From a virus: DNA of 57,089 nucleotides. The DNA lies in IMG/VR virus record IMGVR_UViG_3300025867_000001; one strand, written 5' to 3'. Shown here piece by piece: positions 6,338-14,752 of this stretch. The notes beneath the pieces are model-generated. The model saw nothing but the letters and a program-made list of their open reading frames with translations. It was not told the origin of the DNA and searched no databases. Numbering within the stretch: position 1 is the first letter of the stretch; each line of letters opens with the position of its first letter. The translations under genes were made by a program, and so were the position numbers.

Positions 6338-8272
6338 TTAAACTGTTTTATTTTCGATCCACTTACGAGTCTTGTATTCTTCTTTTCGACTCGGTATCCA
6401 GTTCTTCACAAGGGTTATGAACCCTACAGGCCGAGTAGCTTCACCGGCCTTTGGCTTTCCGCAAAGCGGGCAAGTGTCTCCGTAGAAGCCGTGCTCATCC
6501 TCACAGACGTCAATCCGGGTATTGAATGCCTCGTAAATGACACCCATTTCCGCGGTTTTGTTTAAAACGTTCCAAGCCTGCTCCGAGTTTGTAAACGGAG
6601 CATCGATATTAATATGTAGAATTGATCCCCCTCCGCACAGTTTATCGAGAACGGCAGCGTATTCGGCTCTGTCGCTAATAGACCGATACTCGCTCAAGGG
6701 AATCCATTGATTGCTATAGCAATCGAGTAATTGCACATCTTTGCCAAAGGTTAGCTTGTCCTTCTGAGCAAGTTTGACGCAAGCGGACTCACCAGGAATC
6801 TGCTCGACGTTAATAGAGTAATCTTTGTCTTCCGCAAATTTTTGTGTGGTCTTGGTGATAAGCTCGAGGACCATTTTCTCGAACTTCAAAATATCATCAG
6901 ACTCTGTAAGCCCCATAATTCGGGCGCAGTCATATAGGCCTATAAATCCCACGGTGTTGAACTGCCTCTCAATCGTCGCCAACTCGAGATCGTAAATCTT
7001 TAAAGCTTTACGGTCAATCAAGTCCTGGATTACAGCCCGAACACAATGTAAATATTGGCAGGTTTTAAGCGTCATTTCGGCAATAGAATCAAGTAAACAA
7101 TTTTTAATTTTAAACCAGCTGTCGGCCTTGAGCGTAAATATAAAACTATTGAATGCCTTATAAGCCAGATGGGGGAGATTCATTGTGATGACACCGACGC
7201 TTCCAATATTGAGGTCGGATCCGCCTATGAAATTGGTAAAGCCATGCAATTTTTCCTGTTTGGCGTTCATTTCGTCAACATTATTAAGAACCCTGCAGCA
7301 TGTACTCAGGGTTGAAATATCATCGCCGCAGTACAAGTTGGAATTCGACCATTGCATATTGAGGTCGCTGAATTCTTTTCCTGTTTTGCCATTGACAAAT
7401 TCGGATTTTTCCCTATCGTAGAGCAGGCAGTCAGTGTTCACCGGGAAGGTCATAACTTTATGACACAGAATATCATTTACACATTTGAGGAATTCTTTCT
7501 CAAAGTCGACTATTTCAGAAATATGCTTGATAACCGGTTCTCCGTTCGGGAATAGCCTGTCCCCGAAGAAGTGCTCAAGATATGATTCGTCCATACATGA
7601 CGTATTAGTGAAGGCCGCTTCGTTCATCCGCATCTCGGAGCCATTCAGTTTATAGACAAGCATTTGAATTTGCTGCTTGAGGTATCTGGCCGGGTCGGAA
7701 ATATAATTTTCGCGCTTGTCCTTGTCCCAGAAGTACCACATGTAGGGAAATAAAGCCGGCATTCCAACGGCTCCAGTTGTCTCGCGGCAGGTCACTGCAA
7801 CAAACTCAATGACGTGCTGAATGAAGCTGTCAAGATGCTGAGCCGGCCTGTCGGAAATATCAGTGAAGAACGCCCCATGCTCTGCCAATTTGTCAAAGTC
7901 ATAGGCGAAGCAGTAGGGTTTTGTCGAAATATTCACAGAGTTGTGGACATAAATCGAGCCTATAATTTCACGAGAAAGAAAGAATGTGGCTTCCTCGTGC
8001 CCGTAAATATCATAGATTTTATTAAAAAGAATCCGATAGTTTTCGGTCTTTTCGTACATGTTGTTGAACTCTTTTAGGAGAATGCCCATGTACCGGTCAC
8101 GGGTATTCGCATTGCCGTCATCGGTTTTATCCGCAATCTTCAGATGGACAGGCTTATAAGCATAGCTCTCTCCATCAAATATAATTTCACATAAACCGGA
8201 TTTGGCATAATGTTCGGGATACTTCTTTTGAATACGCTTTAATGCCTGATAAAATACCTTGTCATTTGTCAT
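6338..8272 (-). CDS. nrdD: Anaerobic (class III) ribonucleoside-triphosphate reductase.
   Basis: 644 aa with a C-terminal Zn site and glycyl-radical region (CEDEHGFYGDTCPLCGKPKAGEATRPVGFITLV), and the adjacent nrdG. Confidence 0.85.
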   Translation of the reverse strand: MTNDKVFYQALKRIQKKYPEHYAKSGLCEIIFDGESYAYKPVHLKIADKTDDGNANTRDRYMGILLKEFNNMYEKTENYRILFNKIYDIYGHEEATFFLSREIIGSIYVHNSVNISTKPYCFAYDFDKLAEHGAFFTDISDRPAQHLDSFIQHVIEFVAVTCRETTGAVGMPALFPYMWYFWDKDKRENYISDPARYLKQQIQMLVYKLNGSEMRMNEAAFTNTSCMDESYLEHFFGDRLFPNGEPVIKHISEIVDFEKEFLKCVNDILCHKVMTFPVNTDCLLYDREKSEFVNGKTGKEFSDLNMQWSNSNLYCGDDISTLSTCCRVLNNVDEMNAKQEKLHGFTNFIGGSDLNIGSVGVITMNLPHLAYKAFNSFIFTLKADSWFKIKNCLLDSIAEMTLKTCQYLHCVRAVIQDLIDRKALKIYDLELATIERQFNTVGFIGLYDCARIMGLTESDDILKFEKMVLELITKTTQKFAEDKDYSINVEQIPGESACVKLAQKDKLTFGKDVQLLDCYSNQWIPLSEYRSISDRAEYAAVLDKLCGGGSILHINIDAPFTNSEQAWNVLNKTAEMGVIYEAFNTRIDVCEDEHGFYGDTCPLCGKPKAGEATRPVGFITLVKNWIPSRKEEYKTRKWIENKTV

Positions 8273-8483
8273 TATTCTGGGCTCCTTTGAAATATAAATT
8301 TATTACCAGCTGAGCATCATCTCTGATTTCTGTGTCAATCTGGATTTCCCATGGATACAAGTTGTGCATATTGCAATACTCTCTCATCGCTTTGACGAGC
8401 GTATCGTAATAATGATTAATCACTTCCTCCAGTGTTACTGGATTTTCCTCCATCGTCACTTGATCCAAACCCTCCTTCCCCAC
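8262..8483 (-). CDS. Hypothetical small protein; start uncertain.
   Basis: 73-aa ORF overlapping the dUTPase 3' end. GTG near 8459 (10 nt after GGAGGG) is a plausible alternative start. Confidence 0.45.
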   Translation of the reverse strand: MGKEGLDQVTMEENPVTLEEVINHYYDTLVKAMREYCNMHNLYPWEIQIDTEIRDDAQLVINLYFKGAQNNDK

Positions 8484-8886
8484 GTTCTGTTACGCTTAGA
8501 TCGGTGTCTATCACCTCGATCTTCTCGAACCGGTAAGGCTGTACAATCAATTGGGCCAGTGCAGTCCGAAGACCCCACTGGCCGTTGATGCGGATTACAT
8601 CAGAGAATATATTCTTAATTGGTAACATAATTTCTCCGCGATATGAGCTATCGATTATGCCCACATTATTTGCGAGAGTTAAGCCTTTCTTGTGTAAGGA
8701 GCTTCTCGGGTAAATTGCTCCAAAATGATTCCTTGGAATTTCCACATGTATGCCAGTAGGTAGCAGATATGTCTCTCCTGGCTGGAGCTCGTATTCATAG
8801 GCGGTGTCGACATATAAGTCCAACCCCGCCGACCCATTATCCGCATATTTAGGAGTTACGGCTGTCGGACTTTTTGTTATTCTCAC
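8416..8886 (-). CDS. dut: dUTP diphosphatase (trimeric dUTPase).
   Basis: Motifs seen: NGSAGLDLY, PRSS, GIIDSSYRGEI and the C-terminal ERGEGGFGSS. GTG start after GGAAGGAG. Confidence 0.9.
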   Translation of the reverse strand: MRITKSPTAVTPKYADNGSAGLDLYVDTAYEYELQPGETYLLPTGIHVEIPRNHFGAIYPRSSLHKKGLTLANNVGIIDSSYRGEIMLPIKNIFSDVIRINGQWGLRTALAQLIVQPYRFEKIEVIDTDLSVTERGEGGFGSSDDGGKSSNTGGSD

Positions 8887-8995
8887 CGAAATACTCCTTC
8901 CATTTTTTCATCTCTTTGCGTCGTTCATCGCGGTTTAATCCCTGTTTTTTCAGGTGATCCTTAAGTATCGCTTTCTGTTGTTCAGATATTTTCAT
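8852..8995 (-). CDS. Possible 47-aa basic peptide.
   Basis: GGAGGT lies 8 nt upstream of ATG 8995. Product: MKISEQQKAILKDHLKKQGLNRDERRKEMKKWKEYFGENNKKSDSRNS. It overlaps the dut start out of frame, so it is tentative. Confidence 0.3.
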
Positions 8996-9230
8996 CTTCT
9001 ATACCTCCACATTCCGGGCATTCTTTCAAATAGGCCGCCACTATGGTCCCACAGGACTGGCAAATATAAACGTCATCGCGCATATTGGTGTACGTGGCAA
9101 TAATTTGTTCATCTGACATATGCTGGATTTTCTTCTTCCAAGATATTTCCTCCTTCCAAGATGGACTCTCAGATTGGTGCAATAACCATAGGCGCATCTG
9201 CGAAACCTTCCTTGAAAAATTTATGCTCAT
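8982..9230 (-). CDS. Zinc-ribbon small protein.
   Basis: CQSCG...CPECGG pair in an 82-aa ORF. Confidence 0.6.
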   Translation of the reverse strand: MSINFSRKVSQMRLWLLHQSESPSWKEEISWKKKIQHMSDEQIIATYTNMRDDVYICQSCGTIVAAYLKECPECGGIEDENI

Positions 9231-9242
9231 AATGCCTCCTCA

Positions 9243-9881
9243 TTACAACGATTTGACGGAAGGGAATCGGATCACGTACCCATTACGTATGCGGTCCGTA
9301 TAGGCCGAACGCAGATTAGACCACCCAAATCCATCGTCAACATAACTGGATGGAACTCCGCTAAGGTCATAGAAGTTCATGACCGAAGCTTGGCCATACT
9401 CAATCGTCAGGTCGACAAGAGAGCTCAGGACCGCCTCAGCCTCGCTACGGCTGTCGAAGACAATATCATCAAAGTCATGCTGGACCTTTGCATTTCTGTT
9501 CGGCTCAGCTTTGTCGTTTGCAGAGCTTTGATAATATTTGTCATAGCTGGAGAATGTCCGGTTTCTCGGAGGACTCGACCCACGGCGTCTCTCGCCGAAT
9601 AAAAACATGTCCGTTCCTCCACCGATCATTTCGCTGAGCATATTTTTTACTGTCGGAACCAGAATATCATACAACAAATATTCGGATACCGACTTGGTCG
9701 TGTCTCCCAGAAAGGCTTCCTTGAACTTTTGACCCACGGATTTTTTCTGCTTTGACACTTTACCTTTAACCACCGGGGCGAGCTTTTTCCTTTCCTTGGA
9801 TTCCTGAGGCTTTACTGACTTAGCATTGGATGGGATCATGTTGTCCAGACTCGAACGGGTAAGCTTTGATTCTTCGGGCAT
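9243..9881 (-). CDS. Hypothetical protein.
   Basis: 212-aa ORF with a GGAGG RBS, a basic N-terminal part and a conserved-looking C-terminal domain (DFDDIVFDSRSEAEAVLSSL...GFGWSNL). No family recognised. Confidence 0.7.
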   Translation of the reverse strand: MPEESKLTRSSLDNMIPSNAKSVKPQESKERKKLAPVVKGKVSKQKKSVGQKFKEAFLGDTTKSVSEYLLYDILVPTVKNMLSEMIGGGTDMFLFGERRRGSSPPRNRTFSSYDKYYQSSANDKAEPNRNAKVQHDFDDIVFDSRSEAEAVLSSLVDLTIEYGQASVMNFYDLSGVPSSYVDDGFGWSNLRSAYTDRIRNGYVIRFPSVKSL

Positions 9882-9895
9882 TTATATGTCCTCCT

Positions 9896-10111
9896 TTATC
9901 GATGTCGACGGGAAAAATCAGTGAAATAGAATTGGCAGAACAGAGCATTGATTACCTTGATTGGTAAATCTTTATTTGCTGAATTGATACTCAGACTCAG
10001 TTCATCGCTAGTAGCCTTTATCCTGAGGAAGTCCTCCTTGTAGGCGCATACACTAAAATGATCGCAACTGTCACAACAGCATACGGGCTTCCTATCCTGC
10101 ATCTCAGCCAT
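9896..10111 (-). CDS. Cys-rich small protein, tandem paralog of 10104..10433.
   Basis: CCCDSCDHFSVCAYKEDFLRIK aligns with CNKCSHFGVCTYKDDFLKLR in the neighbouring gene. Confidence 0.6.
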   Translation of the reverse strand: MAEMQDRKPVCCCDSCDHFSVCAYKEDFLRIKATSDELSLSINSANKDLPIKVINALFCQFYFTDFSRRHR

Positions 10112-10433
10112 CTATTTGCCCCTCCTTATCGCGAAATAGAATATCAGTGGAATAGAATTTACAGACCAAATTAATTGGCTTAATAAATGGAATATCCCGG
10201 ACACATATCTTCTTGACTGTGGAATCTTTATTCGCCACATCGATCACCAGTTCGTCAATAGTTGTCCGTAACTTAAGAAAGTCGTCCTTATAAGTGCATA
10301 CGCCGAAATGGCTACACTTATTACAGAAGGTTCTGTTATCCATATTATCCTCCCCACCAGCAAATATAACATGCATTTCAGCAGTCTTCGGAATCTGTCG
10401 ACTCCAGCTCCAACTTTCAGATGTCATTTCCAT
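10104..10433 (-). CDS. Cys-rich small protein, tandem paralog of 9896..10111.
   Basis: Same CxxCxHFxVCxYK(D/E)DFL core. Its start overlaps the upstream stop. Confidence 0.6.
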   Translation of the reverse strand: MEMTSESWSWSRQIPKTAEMHVIFAGGEDNMDNRTFCNKCSHFGVCTYKDDFLKLRTTIDELVIDVANKDSTVKKICVRDIPFIKPINLVCKFYSTDILFRDKEGQIDG

Positions 10434-11122
10434 CAGTTGTATCCCTTCCTCACTATAATAATATCAGAACATGGAAGCATCTTGATCCAATTGCAAAAGT
10501 CGTACCACTCATCGAGCTTATGGTCGTTTCTGTCCGGATAGATTCCTGCCAAGACCTCATAGTTCATCATGATTGTTCGTTTTTGATTATAAGAGGAAGG
10601 GAGAAGCTGAATCATCTGCCACCAGTATTTTTTGTCTTTGGTTGTGAGATATGACTCCCTGGCGCAATTTAACCCATTGACGATGCTGTTTAAAACATCA
10701 TAACCATTAAATAAGCGGTCGAAACTTTCTAAATGTTCATGCGAAAAATCATCAAGAGTAAACTCCTTTTCATGAATTTTATGCATTGTTGAGCAAGAGT
10801 TTGCAACGGTACCAACTTTATATGTGTCGAACTCTTTCCACCAATACAGAGGCGCCGTAATATCAGTATAGACAACGATCATTCGCCGATACTTGGCGTG
10901 AACCGATCCACCTTTAGCGAGCATCATCATGAGCGCCTTGTCGGTTGCGCCAACCAATAATCGGCTGTCTCCGTCCCAATCGGATTCTATTTCAATATCT
11001 CCTGGTTTATCGCCTCTTTTGGTCCAGCCGCTGTCCGATTTGTCCCAGCTATTCATTGGGTTACGCATTCCTCGAATAGCGTGATCCCATCCCATTGTCT
11101 GGGTGTTATCAAATGTGATCAT
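10433..11122 (-). CDS. ThyX-like (flavin-dependent thymidylate synthase family) protein, divergent.
   Basis: HAKYRRMIVVYTDITAPLYWWKEFDTYKVGTVANSCSTMH resembles the ThyX core (H..lR...v.f.i.ap..v..ql.RHR..S..q.S.RY). The RHR motif is not present (TYK instead). This is pattern recognition only. Confidence 0.4.
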   Translation of the reverse strand: MITFDNTQTMGWDHAIRGMRNPMNSWDKSDSGWTKRGDKPGDIEIESDWDGDSRLLVGATDKALMMMLAKGGSVHAKYRRMIVVYTDITAPLYWWKEFDTYKVGTVANSCSTMHKIHEKEFTLDDFSHEHLESFDRLFNGYDVLNSIVNGLNCARESYLTTKDKKYWWQMIQLLPSSYNQKRTIMMNYEVLAGIYPDRNDHKLDEWYDFCNWIKMLPCSDIIIVRKGYN

Positions 11123-11271
11123 TCTTTCTCTCCTTTTTAAAATATAAATGAGAAGAATACAATGCTGTTTTCTATCTTCAGAGTCTTACTCGCGTTTCCG
11201 CTGATAGATCCCATGCTACTTAAATCTGAATGCATTATTGATCATCACATTGTACCGGTCAGAGCCGTTTC

Positions 11272-11304
11272 TTCTCATTATAGACGAAGTTAAATCTGCG
11301 CGAA
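11272..11304 (-). promoter_or_regulatory. Promoter-like motif (phage consensus) preceding a ~150-nt leader.
   Basis: Minus strand: TTCGCGCAGATTTAACTTCGTCTATAATGAGAAG. It overlaps the ligase 3' end. Confidence 0.5.
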
Positions 11305-12177
11305 TTGTTTGAATATGGGTAAATTAAGCGAAATTCCACCATTTCTATTCTTTGAATATGAAAAAGCATCAATCTCAATTTCTTTTCCAATTGGGGAATT
11401 TACTGTCATCTCGAGTCTCTCGGCGTCGGTGAATCCGCTACCGACTCGAACCGGGACGGTGCATTTGGGAACTTCGCAAATGACCGCAGCGACCATACCA
11501 TCAATCTTCGTCCCAGGCCGAGCCATCTCAATATCAATAATCTTTCCAGTGAATTCTTTCATCTGCTTTACTTTGAGAAGAGCCTTACTACGTCCTGCAA
11601 TGTATGGAGAATCCATATCCATTAGCATAAGGCCTTCGCCATTCTTCTTGATGACAGAATCCATAGTTTGTTTTAGGGTTTTGGTGTCTGCTCCCCAAAT
11701 ATTTCCGAAGATAGGTACTCGGATAATGGGGTCGGCCTTTGTTGCTGAATTGAACAGAGAATATAATTCAGCATCTCGAACCTGACCCCGTCTGGTATCT
11801 CCTCCGAGCTTAAAGATGTCAAAACAAACAGCCATGAGGTCAAGCTTATTGTCGGAATATTGCTGGCTTGCTTTTGCGCTGGTGTTTTGACGAAGGACAA
11901 AGCTGGGAACATTTTTGAAATATAACTCTCTATCCACGAGCTCGCAGTCGTAGACAGTTTCGGTGGGGAACCAAGGAGCGTCTAGGAATCCTGTAATGTG
12001 CCCAAGCCATTTGTCTTCATGCCCGGTTCGGCTCCATGCAGTTACGGATCCGTCAAGTGATTTGCAGAATAGCCGTCTAACGCCATCTATCTTTTCAGAC
12101 ATGCGCCACAATTTACCATCTAAGACAGAGTCCGGGTAATTTATGAGGTTTTCACCCAACATTGGCGTAATCTGCAT
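11290..12177 (-). CDS. ATP-dependent DNA ligase.
   Basis: Adenylation motif I KxDG (SEKIDGVR), EGLMLMD (motif IV-like) and LLKVK (motif V-like). Confidence 0.8.
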   Translation of the reverse strand: MQITPMLGENLINYPDSVLDGKLWRMSEKIDGVRRLFCKSLDGSVTAWSRTGHEDKWLGHITGFLDAPWFPTETVYDCELVDRELYFKNVPSFVLRQNTSAKASQQYSDNKLDLMAVCFDIFKLGGDTRRGQVRDAELYSLFNSATKADPIIRVPIFGNIWGADTKTLKQTMDSVIKKNGEGLMLMDMDSPYIAGRSKALLKVKQMKEFTGKIIDIEMARPGTKIDGMVAAVICEVPKCTVPVRVGSGFTDAERLEMTVNSPIGKEIEIDAFSYSKNRNGGISLNLPIFKQFAQI

Positions 12178-12214
12178 GGAAATTCCCTCCTTTTATCAAT
12201 TTTTTGAATGAACT

Positions 12215-12709
12215 TTAATCTTTGGACATAGATTTAGCGATTGAACTATAAATTTTCTGAATGTTGTTGAGATTATCGTTAAATTCCTCTAAGAGGCCGT
12301 TTAACTTACTGTCAAATTTCTCAGCAACCGCCGTCTTTGCTTGGCTTATCACTTCGCGTTCCATATCAGAAGTATTAACTCTTTTTACCTGATTTGCAAT
12401 CTCTGCAGCCACTGATTTCTTAATATCGTCCGAAATATCATTCACAGAGTTCTTTACTTGGTATTTAATTTCCGAATATGCTTCGTCGCCAATTCGGTTT
12501 GAAATGTATTTGACCTCGCGATTAATTGCTCGCTGAGTGGCCTGCTCTAACAGGTCATCACTAATAGATATGTCCATATCTTCAGATAATTTATCAACAG
12601 CCACATCCAACATAGATGATAGTTTACAAATTCGAAAATGAAGATAAGATACATACCCAATTGCGCCTGCTATAGCGGTGCCAATTAATATTTTCGTACT
12701 ATTGGTCAT
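12215..12709 (-). CDS. Membrane-anchored coiled-coil protein.
   Basis: N-terminal TM segment (ILIGTAIAGAIGYVSYLHF) followed by a charged helical region. Confidence 0.65.
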   Translation of the reverse strand: MTNSTKILIGTAIAGAIGYVSYLHFRICKLSSMLDVAVDKLSEDMDISISDDLLEQATQRAINREVKYISNRIGDEAYSEIKYQVKNSVNDISDDIKKSVAAEIANQVKRVNTSDMEREVISQAKTAVAEKFDSKLNGLLEEFNDNLNNIQKIYSSIAKSMSKD

Positions 12710-13050
12710 ATTATTCTCCTTTTATCTTCTATAAGCTGCGTATCCGCCCAAGCAATAACTTTGCAATGTAGTGCTTCCTCTAACAGTCCAAATTCAATGT
12801 CACGTAACCACCATTTGCCATCCCTCAATTCAGCAATATAAGGGATCCCGTCCTTAATAAAATCAGTCTTAACTAATACCCAATCATATTGTCCTTTTGG
12901 AGGAAGCCCGACTTCAGAAATATAATTCCATTTACACTTTTTCCTATTTGCGATTTTTACTCCTTTCTCGTACTCGTAAGCGATCTGGTAGAAGGCATAG
13001 ATATTCATTACTAGGATAAGTATGAATGCTATCAGGAATAACCACTCCAT
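12706..13050 (-). CDS. Membrane-anchored hypothetical protein, possibly with a DUF551-like C-terminal domain.
   Basis: N-terminal TM segment (WLFLIAFILILVMNIYAFY). The C-terminal GLPPKGQYDWVLVK...AELRDGKWW pattern gives weak family recognition. Confidence 0.6.
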   Translation of the reverse strand: MEWLFLIAFILILVMNIYAFYQIAYEYEKGVKIANRKKCKWNYISEVGLPPKGQYDWVLVKTDFIKDGIPYIAELRDGKWWLRDIEFGLLEEALHCKVIAWADTQLIEDKRRII

Positions 13051-13081
13051 AAGTATAACTCCTTTTAAAATATAAACGAAA

Positions 13082-13157
13082 GGGCATGGCTAGTGGCTTC
13101 GAACCACGTCTCCGATTGCTCGGCGAGTTACCATTACTCCATGCATTTAGCATGCCC
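13082..13157 (-). ncRNA. 76-nt tRNA-like cloverleaf RNA candidate without an anticodon loop; not a canonical tRNA.
   Basis: Minus strand: GGGCATGCTA...TAGCCATGCCC closing stem (7+3 bp); D-like hairpin GAGT-AATGGTA-ACTC; CCGA-GCAA-TCGG (GNRA tetraloop) where the anticodon arm should be; T-like hairpin GTGG-TTCGAAG-CCAC. The 5' G lies 5 nt after TATAAT. Confidence 0.35.
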
Positions 13158-13186
13158 TTTCATTATACGGTATGTTATTTGTGCGG
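13158..13186 (-). promoter_or_regulatory. Promoter-like motif (phage consensus).
   Basis: Minus strand: CCGCACAAATAACATACCGTATAATGAAAGG, with TATAAT at 13167-13162. Confidence 0.5.
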
Positions 13187-13187
13187 A

Positions 13188-13349
13188 TTAGAATTTGTAG
13201 ACAATGACCACCCAACCCTTGATGAATCGGCCACCTTCGCCCCGGGCCTGCTTAAGGGTGAAATGGGTTCCGTCCTTAAGCCTATGTATCTTAGCCAGGG
13301 CCTGTTTCTTGGTTTCAAATGCAAATTCTTTAAATTCCGGTATTTTCAT
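13188..13349 (-). CDS. Small hypothetical protein (53 aa), below the ORF-track cutoff.
   Basis: AAGGAGAA lies 5 nt upstream of ATG 13349. Product: MKIPEFKEFAFETKKQALAKIHRLKDGTHFTLKQARGEGGRFIKGWVVIVYKF. Confidence 0.5.
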   Translation of the reverse strand: MKIPEFKEFAFETKKQALAKIHRLKDGTHFTLKQARGEGGRFIKGWVVIVYKF

Positions 13350-13373
13350 TATAATTCTCCTTAAAATATAAAT

Positions 13374-13398
13374 AAAAGGGCCAATGTTTGACCCTTTT
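13374..13398 (-). terminator. Hairpin terminator.
   Basis: AAAAGGG / CCCTTTT stem with an 11-nt loop. On the minus strand it is followed by ATTTATATTTT. Confidence 0.5.
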
Positions 13399-13406
13399 GC
13401 TTGTAG

Positions 13407-13661
13407 TTATTCTACTTCGGTTTTCTTCGGAAAAAGTCCTTTGATTTGATCGCTGGCCTCTGTCCACTGGTCGTCGACATAGTCGGTAACCTTATCCGCC
13501 GCCATGGCCGATACCGCCAATCCTCCGACCCCGCAAGCAATCTTTTTGATCACTCCGAGGTTTTGAGGTTTGACTAATCCAACCGCGTTGCCGGCTAAGA
13601 TTCCAACTCCTATCGAGACCAATAGCTCGAGGCCGCCTTTCAATAATTCTAACTTTTTCAT
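13407..13661 (-). CDS. Small membrane protein (84 aa).
   Basis: Two Gly/Ala-rich hydrophobic segments, with RBS AAAGGAGAC. Confidence 0.65.
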   Translation of the reverse strand: MKKLELLKGGLELLVSIGVGILAGNAVGLVKPQNLGVIKKIACGVGGLAVSAMAADKVTDYVDDQWTEASDQIKGLFPKKTEVE

Positions 13662-13683
13662 TTTAGTCTCCTTTCAAATATAA

Positions 13684-13710
13684 CTCATTATAGGGCAAGT
13701 TATTGGTGAG
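13684..13710 (-). promoter_or_regulatory. Promoter-like motif, partial upstream match.
   Basis: Minus strand: CTCACCAATAACTTGCCCTATAATGAGTTA. Confidence 0.45.
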
Positions 13711-13933
13711 AGGCCATAATATCAACGGCCTTTATCTTGCCCGGTATGTATTTTGGAAGGTAGACGTAATAGGAATCGCCGTAATGAACGAGTTGCTCAG
13801 GGTTTTTCACTCCGTACTCTTTCATACAGTTCAGAGCATCACCCAACTCGGTGAATTTAAGGACATTCCACTCTTTCATCTCTATGGGGCCCATGGTAAG
13901 GCCTCCTGAGCCCCCATACCCGTCGTTACTCAT
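13700..13933 (-). CDS. Hypothetical small protein.
   Basis: 77-aa ORF whose start overlaps the stop of the upstream holin-like gene. Confidence 0.55.
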   Translation of the reverse strand: MSNDGYGGSGGLTMGPIEMKEWNVLKFTELGDALNCMKEYGVKNPEQLVHYGDSYYVYLPKYIPGKIKAVDIMASHQ

Positions 13934-14354
13934 TACTCTGCTCCGTAGCAGCCGGCTGCTGAATTAGCGCTTGTACGTCCTTATTAGTTTCCCAAAGAGC
14001 TTTAGCCTCAATTAGTGCTGTTTCAATAATATTATCAAGGTTACTTTCATCAATATACTTCTTAAATTCGGCAGGAATACGAGCATATAATTCGTCCATA
14101 ACAGCTGAACGCTTAAGCGCTCCTGTACCGCCGCCATATATAACCTCCGCATTTGTCACAAGGCTTAAGGCTATAGGCATAAGGTTCTCCAAAAGTCGCT
14201 TGGAATATGCGATTTTTTCCTCGGGCGTCATCTCCTTCAGTGTCACCCAGATATGTTTTATCCAGTTGACAAGTCCGACGATGCCGGAAATTACCGCAAT
14301 TAAGACAATTAGAATACTATCCCAATTGTCTAAGATAAACTGTAAAGCTTTCAT
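13926..14354 (-). CDS. Holin-like protein (LL-H / superfamily-6-like pattern).
   Basis: Single N-terminal TM segment (ILIVLIAVISGIVGLVNWI) followed by a soluble helical domain with GGGTGALKRSAVMDEL...IETALIEAK. Confidence 0.5.
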   Translation of the reverse strand: MKALQFILDNWDSILIVLIAVISGIVGLVNWIKHIWVTLKEMTPEEKIAYSKRLLENLMPIALSLVTNAEVIYGGGTGALKRSAVMDELYARIPAEFKKYIDESNLDNIIETALIEAKALWETNKDVQALIQQPAATEQSNE

Positions 14355-14357
14355 TAA

Positions 14358-14672
14358 TTAACCTCCCATATTAGCTAATGTCGAAATATCAATAGGTTCT
14401 TTACATGTATTGTATGTATTACCATACTGAATCTTCAATAAATTTTCACTCTTGGCTTTCCACGAATAGAATCCAATGGCCGTTGCCGTTGGTGTTCCAA
14501 TATACGTGGCCAATGCTATAAACATTCCACTATCGACAGCATTCCCGAGGTGAATATCATTAACGGCCGATACTATTACAAGAGCCACTCCCAGCAAGGC
14601 GCCTAATATGTAAAGCACCATTACGCAAGCGAGGATCATCTTGCTGAATGTCAACTTTTGCTCCGTTACCAC
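14358..14672 (-). CDS. Holin-like multi-TM protein (GTG start).
   Basis: Three hydrophobic segments and a charged tail, FYSWKAKSENLLK, which is typical of Firmicutes phage holins. Confidence 0.5.
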   Translation of the reverse strand: MVTEQKLTFSKMILACVMVLYILGALLGVALVIVSAVNDIHLGNAVDSGMFIALATYIGTPTATAIGFYSWKAKSENLLKIQYGNTYNTCKEPIDISTLANMGG

Positions 14673-14752
14673 ATAATAAAGCCCCTTTCATCCAAATATA
14701 AATAGACATAATTGCTACGTCATATGCATCACCAATCCTTTATTTGAATGAT

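Noticed and set aside
13343-13353. A cattataat string resembling the promoter -10 box.
   Set aside because: It is simply the RBS-to-ATG context of the 53-aa gene (GGAGAATTATAATG). It lacks the flanking AACAT and GAGAA conservation.
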